64,000 bases of DNA from Octopus vulgaris. Taxonomy: Eukaryota. The notes beneath the pieces were generated by a model that was not told the origin of the DNA, ran no database searches, and saw nothing but the letters and a program-made list of their open reading frames with translations. Where the stretch lies: contig OX597817.1 in NCBI GenBank assembly GCA_951406725.2, forward strand, positions 29,760,001-29,824,000, in the 5' to 3' direction. The position numbers were made by a program, and so were the translations under genes. Positions 52,138 to 64,000 of this stretch are shown here, in pieces; positions within the stretch are counted from its first letter, which is position 1; the number at the start of each line of letters is the position of its first letter.

Positions 52138-53005
52138 TATATCACATGGTCATGTGATCACATGATTGACCAAACTATCAGGCATTATACATATATATAT
52201 GTATCAGTGGATGATGCAAATATTATGAGGAAATCGGATACTTTCAAAAAATATTCATGACATTTGTGATATTTGTTCTGCTAAGGTTACATCAACAATT
52301 CCATAACATTTTCACTATCATAAATGCAACCTGTTGTCAATTATATCATTGATTATGAAATGCTCTGTATAAGAGATATATGAATATAAAAGAGGGCTTA
52401 GTAAAATTGATATGAATGCTATTCAGTCTATTGAATTGACAACAGTTTTAGAATTAAGAGGTTAAAAAGTATAAGGAACCACTTCACCAAATCATTATCC
52501 TTTTGTTTCTGGGTATTTATGCATTATAAAGTGTTAACATGTGTACAGTGTTGTAGAATGTGTCTTACTGATTGCATGGCTCTTAGAAGACATATAAGTT
52601 TTGAAAAAAATTTGCTCTTCATTTCACTTTCTCCCTTTCTCTCTCTTTCTCTTTTTTTTTTTATATAAGATCTGAAATAAGATTTGTAAATTTGTTTTTT
52701 GGGAAGCATTAAAGGAATTTTAAGAATAGGTTAATCAGGTTGTACTTATTGTCAAAGCTTACTTGAGTAAGATTTCAAAGCTGACAATGTATCCAATTGA
52801 ATGAAAGTTCATTGAAAGAGATAAACCAATATTAGAAATTTGTAGAACAACCAGGAACACTGGAGCCTAATGTTTCATTATATTAGGCAAAGTATCAGCT
52901 CACAATGAGATTATTCTGGCACATTCCTTCAAAATGGCAAGCTTAAATCTGAAACAAAGTTATCAGATAAGTTGAAAACTTAATAAAGCTATGTACATTT
53001 TATGT

Positions 53006-53075
<70 letters not shown>

Positions 53076-53264
53076 TTTATGCGGATATATATATATATAT
53101 ATGATTTCTAGTATTATGTGATTGTGTATTTGTGTATATGAATATAAATGACGGTGTATGTTTGTATGTGTGAAAATGTGTGTGACTGTAAAACATTGTG
53201 TAAATGCTTTACATATGTATCTGAGAGGAACGGATATTGTATGTGATTAAGAATACATTGATAA

Positions 53265-53512
<248 letters not shown>

Positions 53513-54898
53513 GAGAGAGAACAAAAGAAAAAGAGACTGAGAGATTCTAATTGTGTGTGCATGTATGTGTCACGTATGTGTGTGCTATGACTGTTGAAAT
53601 ATTTTGAAGAAACCTCAAATACCCCAGAAAACGTTGAATACATTTTCACAGTAAGCCATCACCCATATTTGAAGAAATTTTCTTTTGATGATCAATTTCT
53701 TTAGATCTTTTGTAGTCAAGAGCTATGTAATGAGACAAGCAAATGGCCATTTTGTCCTGGAGAAACGGTACCAATCTAGTTAAGTATGTCTGGAATCTGG
53801 AATCCTGGATTATATTATACAGCTTCAAATTTTACAACATAATATTATCCCCATTAACCGGACATCATAGTTTACAATCCATAGCCTATCTTACTGAGAA
53901 TTAGAAAGAGAAGCTCTCAGAAGTACAAACTAGGTTAAGTAATTAATGAATGTAAAATTGACTTGTAATGTACTACATTGAAACCTTTCCTTTGATAACT
54001 TAATATTTCAGTATTCCAGTGTACAACTCCATAGAGTATATGTAAATATATTCTTGTAATGTGTCATGTTTAAATTTGTTATGCTTCTGTAATTATTTTA
54101 TCTAGCAGTTTCTTATTACAGTAACCTTCATCATTTCTGTGTAACCAGGCCTGATGAAGGTTAATCCACCAAGCAAAGGAGGCAATAACAATGGGACAAT
54201 AATAGCATAGGAAAGTTTACCAAGAATACCTTCTCCATGAAAAGCATAGACTTAGAAGTCGGAGAGGGGAATAGACTTAAAGTTGTTAGCAAAAGTATTA
54301 TCAGCTAAAATCATACCTATATCAATAAAAAATCCTAAGCATTAATTTTTGCTGAAACAAAGGAGGGTGCTCTGAATTAATAGAAATAATTAAAAATTGA
54401 ATGATGGCATGCAGTGAGAAATGATACTATCTAAACTATTCAATCAGCTTATGAATAATTATGAAATTTGTTTCCTATTTGAATGATTAATAGTAAGAAG
54501 AATGTTTTGCACCAGTATTGTATTACATAACAATGTGTTCAAGTGTTGGAACAGAAGTTAAAGTGCAAAGCAAAGGTAGTATTATATTGTACTGAAACCT
54601 AATTTTGGAACACAGGAAGGTAATTACACTACTAAATGATAACAAAGAAGAAATATAAAAGATTGTTTTAAAATTTCAGTGCTTATAAGAGAATCAAGCT
54701 TAAAGTTATGCCATATTAAATAAAACCATTTTGTTGTCAATGAGTTAAACTACAGGGAGATCATATAAAAGAAAACATAAATAAAATTTACTCTCTTCCC
54801 CTCTACCCCCATCTCTCTCTCATTCATACATACATACATACATACATACATACATACATACATACATACATACATACATACACACATACATACATACA

Positions 54899-54931
<33 letters not shown>

Positions 54932-57350
54932 GTTTGTATAGATACATAGATAGGTGAATGGATGGATGGATGGGTAATATATATATATATATATATATAT
55001 AGCTGTTCTGTAGATGAATGCTTGAGTACTACTAGTTGGTGCAAGCTGAGGGAGTTACCTATAATATGCCACCTCTTTCAATGACAAGTTTAACAGACAC
55101 GCAGTTAATTGGGCTGGGTTTTAAATAAACGTATGCAGTTTCTAGTCCATGTTCTTCTTAAATGCTAAATGCTAAGTAATGTAGTAACGGTTGCTGCGTC
55201 GACAAGATTTGTACCCTGCTGTTCATTTTGATGCATATTTACAATTCCAAAAGAATATACGCCAACACAGAACAATGGATTGAATAACAATGAATAAAGA
55301 GAAAAAAAATAATAGACTTTAATTTAAATTCTCAGTGGTAATATGATAACTTCAAATATTCTAAGTCTATGTGATACAACAACAACACTTACTGTTTTAT
55401 AATTAGGAAGATATTTCATGATAGACTTCAAATCAAAATACACAGGTAGCTCATGAACTGCGAATATGTTGAGAATGGATAGAATTTAGAAAGACATTTA
55501 CGTGCTATTTTTTTTTATTGGTCTATCTATTTATATGTTTATGCAACTCTTATATTCTTTTACTGGTTGCAATCACAGGATTAAAGGAACACCTACAAGG
55601 CGCTTTAGTCTGTCATATTGCTCTCAGTACGTATCTTACTTTGGTTCTTGTTCTATTAAATTCTGTTTATTGATTCAGTGACTTAAAGATACGTAACTCA
55701 ACACCCAGACAAACAGAAAAACAGACATATATATATATATAAACAAACACACACATAATCATACGCAGTCACATGCATAAAGTAGAAATTGCATGCAGTA
55801 ATCATTTAGGGATGATGCTTTTTTAATATCAGTAAACATTTAATAACCTTATATGGGGTAATAATAAGCAATTTTCCCTACAGACACATATATGCATACA
55901 AACACACACATGTGCACAAGCACGCACACATATACAGCTATAAAAAAGAATGATAGCACAAAAAATGTACAGGGAAACGTAAAAATGAAATAAGGAAAAA
56001 TAAACGAACACAAACAAAGCACACCCTTCGTCAGCCATCAACTGGATGTCAGTACAGTCTTAACACTATCTAACAGACCTACTTGATCAGGTGGTGCCAG
56101 AAGCTTCTTTAAAAGTTGCTAAAGATACAATGGAAAGAAGCAAAAATGGAATAAATGACACCAAAAAACAACTGCAAAAGGTTAACAGGAAAAATCCTCC
56201 CAAAATAGCAGAGATATATGGAACCTTTAGGTGTATAAGGAAAACGATTGTACGTGGTGTGTTGTAAATCCGAGGAAAATAAATTTGAGTCATTTGACGA
56301 TTATCAAAAACTAGAGGACGTAAGATAAGACAACATAATTGTGAAAAGACATCTGACTGGTGGTGCAGTATTAGCATCTGGGTAGGGAGTGGTTACAGAA
56401 AACTGAGAAAGGCACAAGAAACAAAAAAGATGAAAATAATGACGTAGTAGCCACAGTAGAGACAGTAACCAAAGAGCCAACATCTAAAAATAACTGAACA
56501 GAGTGCAGGAGAGACAGAAAGACAGAGCGGAGTATATATGTCTGTGTGTGTACATAAGGACTTCTGTAAATTCCTTGCTTTCAGAAATTGATCAACTGTA
56601 TTCTATAGTAGAAGACACTCACGCAAGATGCTGCACAGAGGGATAGAAACAAGAATGACATGGCTGTAAGGCAAACTTGTCAAATAGACTGCTATACGTG
56701 CAGCTATTTGTTTATATGTTATAATGGGATATAATTATAGGCATTGCATCTAGTCTTTAGCTCTGTAAGCATAATTTGTATTTTATATTAGCGATAGCGT
56801 GTTATTTTTTAAATATTTAACCTCTACAATTAGATATTTAGGTAAGCAGAATAATCTATTGTTCTCAGAAAATTGTTGCTTTAAAACTGATGAATTTTGA
56901 TTTATAGGCAGGACGTATGTCATTTATGAATTTTTATAAGGTTTTTGAAAATTTAGCTTCTGTCTTATATTAGATGATTAGTCTGATTATCTTATCGGTA
57001 GTTATGAGAATTTGAGGTGTGTATAATGAGGACATTATTCTGGCTATTATATTTGGAATGGTTATATGGACAGCACTTGAAAATTACATTATAATCATTT
57101 TAGCTATGCTTAGTTGTTAATGATAGAGTCATGACAAAAATATATGTTTGGAAGTTTTATTGTCATAGTTACTGAATATTAAAGTTTAGGTCAAATGAAA
57201 CGATAAACTATATACATATAATCAAGTATTAGAGATTATGTCTGGGTGTCATACACACACACACACACATAGATATGCAGACACTCTCACATGTGCAAAT
57301 ATATATATACAACTCTTTTAATAGTTTCAGCTTGAAAGCTGCGGTCATGC

Positions 57351-58290
57351 TGGGGTCATCCCATAAATAATGCATTTTTTTTATACTTCTTTTATTTTTC
57401 AAAATTAAGATAAACAAAGATCTTCTTTAATCAAAAATATACTCTCCTTCATTTTCTACAATGCTCGTCCATCTATCTGGTAGACTTTCAAGGCTTCTCT
57501 TCAAAAATTCACTTCTCTGTGACGAAAAATACTTCTCCAGTACTGTTCTGACCTCGTCTACAGAATTCATATGTTTTCCGTCCAAATGATTTTGAAGACT
57601 GCGGAATAAATGATAATTAGATAGGACAATGTCCAGCGAATATGGTGGATGGGATATTGTTTTCCATTCCAACTGCTCCAGCCTTTGGAATGTTATCCTA
57701 GCTGTATGTGGCCGAGCATTATCCTGATGGAAGAACACCATTCCTTTTGAAACCAAAGATAGTCGTTTTTCTTCTAGCACTGACTTAAGCCACTCAAGCT
57801 GCTTGCAGTAGATTTCCTTTGCTATCGTTTGGTTTGGGTTTAAAAGTTTAAAGTGGACTAAACCTTTCATATCCCAGCAAAGAGATAACAACACCTTACG
57901 TGGGTGAAGACCATCTTTAGCCTGAGTAACTAGTGTTTCACCCTTCCCTACCCACTGTCTTCAGCGGCTGACATTTTTATACGGAACCCATTTCTTGTTA
58001 CCAGTCACCATTCGGTCCAAAAAAGGTTCATTCTTGAGACGTGACAGCAAAAGAAGAGCACACATTCACTTCCTGTGGGCAATTAGCTGCGAAAATTTGT
58101 GTGGAACCCTTTGACCCAGTTTTCTGACTTTTCCGATGGCACACAGGGGTTGATGAATGATTGAATGATCAAATCCAAGCTTCTCTGCTTGTTCCTCAAA
58201 AGTCCAGATGATATATTGTTCCACCAGAGTTTGCAGGACGTCTTCGTGGAGCTCTACAGATCTTCCAGGATGAGACTCGTCTTCAGAAGA
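57351..58290 (-). mobile_element. Degenerate mariner (DD34D-type) transposase with 3' TIR
   Basis: RVPHKF (WVPHEL-like), VTGNKKWV, FHQDNARPHTA, HPPYSLDIVLSNYHLFRSLQNHL; stops and frameshifts; 5' end missing. Confidence 0.9.
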
Positions 58291-60800
58291 ACAAGGAGAA
58301 ATGGAGGAGAAATTTGGTGCAGTCCAGTCCCATTCATGTACCTGTAGAAAAAAACAGAAGCCGAATGCCACTCAAGGAGCAGATTGTTGGTTGGTACCAG
58401 TTTCTTGGGAAATCAATTCAAGGAAGAAAGGAGAGAGCGGTGGCATTATCAAGAGAAGTGACTCTTCAGTGGAGAGAAAAGCTGAATTTTTCCAATCATT
58501 TCTGAGCAAACAATATGGTCCAAGCCCAAAATCAGCTTTATTTGTATGACAAAGTGCCAAGAAAGGAAAATTTGTGCCATTAGAAGAATTGTTCGATATC
58601 ACCAATGTCCATGATGAATGACTCAATGCTGATGACAAAAAGCTGTACTCCATCCAATTTCAAAGTAAGGGCAAAGGGGACTATTCGAGGGGAAAAGCTG
58701 CAAGCAAGCAGACTATCCATCCTTCTGATGCTAAAGCCTTTATCAGACCCAACAGCCCTGGATACTGACAGTGACTAAGAAGAAGAAGAAGAAGAAGAGG
58801 AGGAGGAGGAGGAGTACAATTATGGTGAAGATGATAGAGTTGATCAAAATGATAGTAATAGTGATGGCACTTATTCTTCCACAAGAAGACACAAAAAAAT
58901 AAAATCTGCAATTGGTACGAGACTTGTAACTGGAACAAACGTCTCTACCAACTAAGTTGCGAAAATCTGCTAGCAGTTGTCAGAGGAGGGCATTGATATC
59001 CCAGCTCCTAGTCAGCGAGGCATTTACAAAGCGCTCTTCAAAAAAGCTGGTGGAATGAAAAAACATTTGATTGATACGCTACGCAATCAGAAACACAGCC
59101 TACATTTCGATGGTTAACATATTGACGGAAATGAATATCAAGAAGTGGTTGTCATCAAGAATGAAACAAGTGAAATCAAGCTGGCTGCTCTGAAGGTGTG
59201 TGATGGCAAGGCTGAGACTATTGCAGAAGAGACCATTACTGAAAAACATCTCCTTTGCTATCGTTTGGTTTGGGTTTAAAAGTTTAAAGTGGACTAAACC
59301 TTTCATATCCCAGCAAAGAGATAACAACACCTTACGCGGGTGAAGACCATCTTTAGCCTGAGTAACCAGTGTTTCACCCTTCCCTACCCACTGTCTTCAG
59401 CGGTTGACATTTTTATACGGAACCCATTTCTTGTTACCAGTCACTAATCGGTCCAAGAAGGGTTCATTCGTGAGACGTGACAGCAAAAGAAGAGCACACA
59501 TTCACTTCCTGTGTGCAATTAGCTGCGAAAGTTTGTGTGGAACCCATTGACCCAATTTTCTGACTTTTCCGATGGCACACAGGGGTTGATGAATGATTGA
59601 ATGACCAAATCAGAAACACAGCCTACATTTCGATGGTTAACATATTGACGGAAATGAATATCAAGAAGTGTTTGTCATCAAGAATGAAAGAAGTGAAATC
59701 AAGCTGGCTGCTCTGAAGGTGTGTGATGGCAAGGCTGAGACCATTGCAGATGATACCGTTGCTGAAAAACATCTTGGACGAATTTCACTTGTTGGGCGCA
59801 ATTTCAATGATTATTGCTGATACGACGAGTGTGAATACGGGACGAAAGTGTGGTGGTAGTGGTTAGACTTCAGGGAATGCTTTTGAGCAAAGGCTATGAC
59901 AAGCCGCAAATTGTGAGCTGCTAAGACCATGCCACAGACAGAATCCTGCACGTCATTATGGATTAGGAGCTGGCAGGCGCAAGCAATTCCTCAAACATCG
60001 AATATTTTTTGTCAAAGAACTCATGTCAAGTTATAAAGAACTCTAATACTCCTTCCAGAATGGAACTCATGTCTTTGAAGATCAAGCTGGCTGGAGTGAT
60101 GATATGAAGTTTCTGTTCCACTTAACTCGTACCTTCAGGTTATTCCATGAAGACGGAGACCTACCTTTCATCAAGTTTCAGAAAATTCCGAACATTATTA
60201 ATGCCAGATGAATTTCATGAAAAATCTTAACCTTTCTTGCATTTTTGCTCACGCCACATGTGAGAGAAAGACTGTAGATGGTCTGCCAGTAAAACTCATA
60301 TGACTGGGCGGACCACTGGTTCCGTAACCAAATGTATAGAGCTGAAGATATCGTAGAGCAAAGCTATCGTAAACCTTACTACTCTACAAGACTGGTTCGA
60401 AATGCTTGACAAATCACTGGAAACAGGTGTCATCAAAAATAAACATCAGAAGGAGCAATCAATGCTGCGAATGAGCAATTAGGATCAAGCAAGAACTACA
60501 CGCCATATGCAAGAACAAAGCCAACCTGCCATTGCGTTTCATTCTCTCTAATGACCTGCCGCAACTTGACTAATTTGACTTTATATGACTTGCCTTCTTT
60601 TTACTGTTTGAATTAAACATTTTGGATCTTTTCCCCCATTTTTTGTTTATTATTCAACCAGAGTTTTTAGAAATCCGCCCAAATGCAACCGAGTATAAAA
60701 ATTTAAAAGTTAGTCACGGGTGAGCTTTTTGATCAAATACAAAAAAAAACATTGATTTTCATTGTTTTCAATCAAAAGCTCATCAGAATATGATACAGGA
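58290..60800 (+). mobile_element. Degenerate DDE transposase, hAT-like (possibly hATm-type), interrupted
   Basis: SLHFDG, IIADTTSVNTGRK, SC*DH..DRIL, GWSDDMKFL, NAR*, RSNQCCE*AIR in collinear order; boundaries approximate and family assignment tentative. Confidence 0.6.
59248..59611 (-). repeat. 364-bp copy of mariner segment 57812-58175
   Basis: Direct repeat with a few substitutions. Confidence 0.9.
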
Positions 60801-61419
60801 CTATGGAGTTGCAAAAACGTTGTATCCCTAATGTACATATATTTATACGCACACACAAATGTATGTCTGTATCTATATATATATATATATACGCATTTAA
60901 TATGGAACTCCATCGTTCGTTGATGAGAATTTGAGAATTCAGTCTTTCTATCAACTCAATAATCTCTTCCTGAAATAATGTTAATGAAACTGGATGCAGT
61001 TACAAGTAGAGAAACATGTACCTTTAACGTAATTTTCAAGCAGAATCAGTACAACACAGTTTATGATAAAGCTTTACCTTTCGAATTACATGTACATGCC
61101 ACTCGACAGGCTTTTGCCTATTTTCACTCAGAAGTTGTGGGTCGACCCGAGGCTATACAAAATTACATTTGCCCAAGATGCCACACTGTATGATCGAACA
61201 AAAGACTTCGTTGTTGTGAGGTTAATGTCTTAGCTAGTTTGTACTGTTGCGCGTACGCACACACATATATACATACATACACATATACATAATTATATAT
61301 ATAAGTGTGTGTGTGTACACATATCCACAGAGAGAGAGAGAGAGAGAGAGAGAGGTAGAGAGGGATACATACATATATATATATATATGTATGTATGTAT
61401 ATGTATGTATGTATGTATG

Positions 61420-61453
<34 letters not shown>

Positions 61454-63036
61454 TGTATGTATGTATGTATGTATGTATATATACATATACACATAGGTAT
61501 AATCGTATATGTACGTAGAGAAACATGTGAAATAAGGACCAGTGTTTCGAGAGACTTTTTCTCAGTTCTCTGAGGAGGTCCCTACACAAACGTTTTATAG
61601 CTTTTTATTAGATTTCTGTTTTCCTAATGAATAATCTTTGTGTCTACGTTCGCAATAATCTTTTGATCTTGAATTTGCTCATGAATCTAGATTTGAGTAT
61701 TTTGACTATTTCTTCTTGTGTTTCAATTTGGCCCTACTATATTCTATCATTGATCTTTTCTTCCTTTATTACGCTCAATTCCCTCAGGGCTGCATTTTTG
61801 GTAATGTTGTTTCCTACAAAATTGATGCTGCTTGCTTTTGTCTTTCAACAAACTTTACTGATTTTTGTGATGTTAACTACCTCATTTTTATAATCATTGA
61901 TTCTGCTGGTATCCATCTCTCTCTCTCTCTCTTTCTTTCGATCAACATCCCTACTCGTTATCCAGATCATAACAACCATATTCCTTACCTCCCTGATTAT
62001 TTCTGCCAGTTTGATCCTAGCATTTGCTCTGTCTCTTCGCGTGTTTCACCTCTCAACTATAACCTCATTTCATTTTATCTGGCTATATCTTGCAACTTTT
62101 CCCTAAGCAGTGACCTTCTATCTCATCGTAACTCATTACTTTCAACAAGGAGATTGGGACTTCTTTTGTAATGTTCTGTGGGATAATATCTCTCTTTCTG
62201 CTCATTCCTGTACATACAACTGGGGTAGTATCATGTATTCATGCTACGTTTTGAACTTTCATTCTTTATTTCAGATATTTAGTTAAGTAATATACCTTTC
62301 CCTATTTTTCTCTTACGTCGCCTCTGCGAGTGTTTAAAGAAGCCATTTTTCTAACGTTATCGTCAACACTTCTTTAGAAAATAAACGCCTTGTTCTCATT
62401 GGCTAGGAAAAGTAGAATGGAATTTCTTACAAATGTTATATCTCAATATACAGAATAGATATAATCTTATATTACTTCTCAGAATTCAGGCTCACAGGAC
62501 TTTTGGAAATTTTCTATTTGTGCATTTGAATAACACTAAATCTACCATTCCTTCGATCTTCAGCCATTATGACGTACTATCTTATAAATCGGAATAGACT
62601 GCTCAGACATTCTAGTCTCGATTCATTTGATGTTTTTCCATACTTTCCTTCTTGCTATGACTAGCAGTTATGACATAATTATTTGACTAGTATATAATTT
62701 CTAAATCTGCTTAAATTAATAGTGAGTTCTGATACTGATACGTCTTGTAGTCCTCATAAAATCACTGCCACTGCTTTGCAACAATGCTCTTCTGAACCGT
62801 TTTCTAATTTGTCTAACCACTTCAACGGATACTTAGCAGTGACATACTTCTAACCAGCTAATAATTGTTCTCTGTAATCCATATTTTCCAAAGTTCTAGC
62901 GAACGTTCTCATCCACTTAACTACTGCCCGATCTACCTTCTTATAGTTAGCAATATTTTTGAGCCATTGGTCAACCAATTTTTCATCTTGCACCTTGAAT
63001 TGCTTGGTCTGTTTTCTGACAAACAGCAGTCCGTTA

Positions 63037-63383
63037 CACTTTTTCGAAATCAGTGACTTTTTGTCACTGGAAAAAGGATATATATATTTGCATTGGGACC
63101 CCTTCGCATTGAAGACCGGTGATTGTCGTGCGCTGACGACGGGTAAATACTCAGAAACCCGGGTCCGTGTGTATCACGTCAGGTCGACGGTGGGAAGGAT
63201 GGCTTTCCTTTGCAAATATTGACAGGGCACAGAAAGTGTGTCAATAGCCAGCTGGAGAAGATATTCTCCTGGGGCTACAAGCTACAGTAGCATCCACCCT
63301 TAATGGTTAGTCACATTTAAATGCCAAATATACTTCACATTTTCGTGCAGCTACTGTTTATACCTCGTTCAGAGATTTATTAT
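63037..63383 (+). mobile_element. 347-bp hammerhead-bearing insertion with a 12-bp TSD
   Basis: AGCAGTCCGTTA at 63025-63036 and 63384-63395; removing the insert rejoins the LINE (SDKQ..STA). Confidence 0.75.
63119..63177 (+). ncRNA. Type I hammerhead ribozyme motif
   Basis: GTGAT..GTGCG-CTGACGA-C GGGTA AA TACTC A-GAAA-CCCGGG-TC-CGTGT..ATCAC; canonical core, palindromic stem III, GUC site after 63165. Confidence 0.8.
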
Positions 63384-64000
63384 AGCAGTCCGTTAGCTTC
63401 TCACTCTACTGCTTATTTTCTGTGAACGATAAATGTGGTTCTACCGGGCTGTGGGTAATTTCGATGAAACAAGTATTGTAACCCATGTCATATCGAAATC
63501 ATTTGACAAAGTTTGATATTCTGGCCTCTCCACAAACTCACAAGCTTGAGATTTATAATAATTTCCGGCAGGATCTATAGGATTCAAGATTCTTTTCTGG
63601 GCGAACGTTGTATAAAAACTGTTTTAAGTGGTCTTCATTATTCTACTTATTCTACTTATTCTACTTCATCTGCTGTTCCTCGAGGTCCTGTTCATCGTCC
63701 AACTTGTTTTTAGTTTTTATTTATAATCTTCTGAATGATATAATTTCTACACTCTCTATTTTTGCTGATGATATTTCTTTGTGTTCTTGCTTGAATGAAA
63801 AATCTAAGTTTTTGATTGGATAGGAATGGCCAGACCTTATGAACCTAATCGGCGTTCGGTGACCGAATGGGTGTTTTGTGTCTGGTTTGCAAAAATCGAA
63901 CTTCTTTCCATCATTCGTTACAGGAACTCTAATGATATTTCTGTTTCTATGCCTTTCTAGCCTTCATCTTTGAGGTGTAACTTTTTCTATATGTCTTACA

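Larger units (their letters stand above)
61620..63960 (+). mobile_element. Highly degenerate CR1/Jockey-group LINE (endonuclease to RT)
   Basis: YVRNNL; NYCPIYLL..SNIFE; LFSDKQ; ISKSFDKV..LHKL; SAVPRGPV; IFADDISL. Confidence 0.75.

Noticed and set aside
56087-56377. Hydrophobic 96-aa minus-strand ORF and an overlapping plus-strand open stretch
   Set aside because: No recognisable domain; length expected by chance in T-rich sequence.
61533-61585. Minus-strand CTGAGAA..GAAACACTGGTC
   Set aside because: Core mismatched and stem I/II not compatible with a hammerhead.

Overview
AT-rich, microsatellite-dense eukaryotic DNA, probably intergenic or intronic. The repeated tRNA-headed SINEs resemble octopus/coleoid cephalopod SINEs (an inference from recognition, not a database result). 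I found no convincing host protein-coding exon; nearly all short ORFs in the track are microsatellite or SINE translations. The window is a mosaic of mobile elements: a near-complete Penelope-like retroelement (RT + GIY-YIG, minus strand, ~38569-43915, with ~0.9 kb pseudo-LTRs), a young 5'-truncated CR1/L2-group LINE, fragments of RTE, R4/Dong-like, Tx1/L1-like and CR1 LINEs, Helitron pieces, mariner and hAT-like transposase relics, MITEs and several SINE families. The most notable signal is a set of at least eight type I hammerhead-ribozyme motifs with palindromic stem III. They lie in the Penelope pseudo-LTRs and in several short non-coding, retrozyme-like units: a 559-nt tandem with two hammerheads, a 314-nt partial tandem, a 347-nt insert with a 12-bp target-site duplication, and orphan termini in (TA)n. 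There is also a ~410-bp-arm palindrome and a templated mariner/hAT rearrangement. All RNA structures were folded by eye and need computational and biochemical confirmation.
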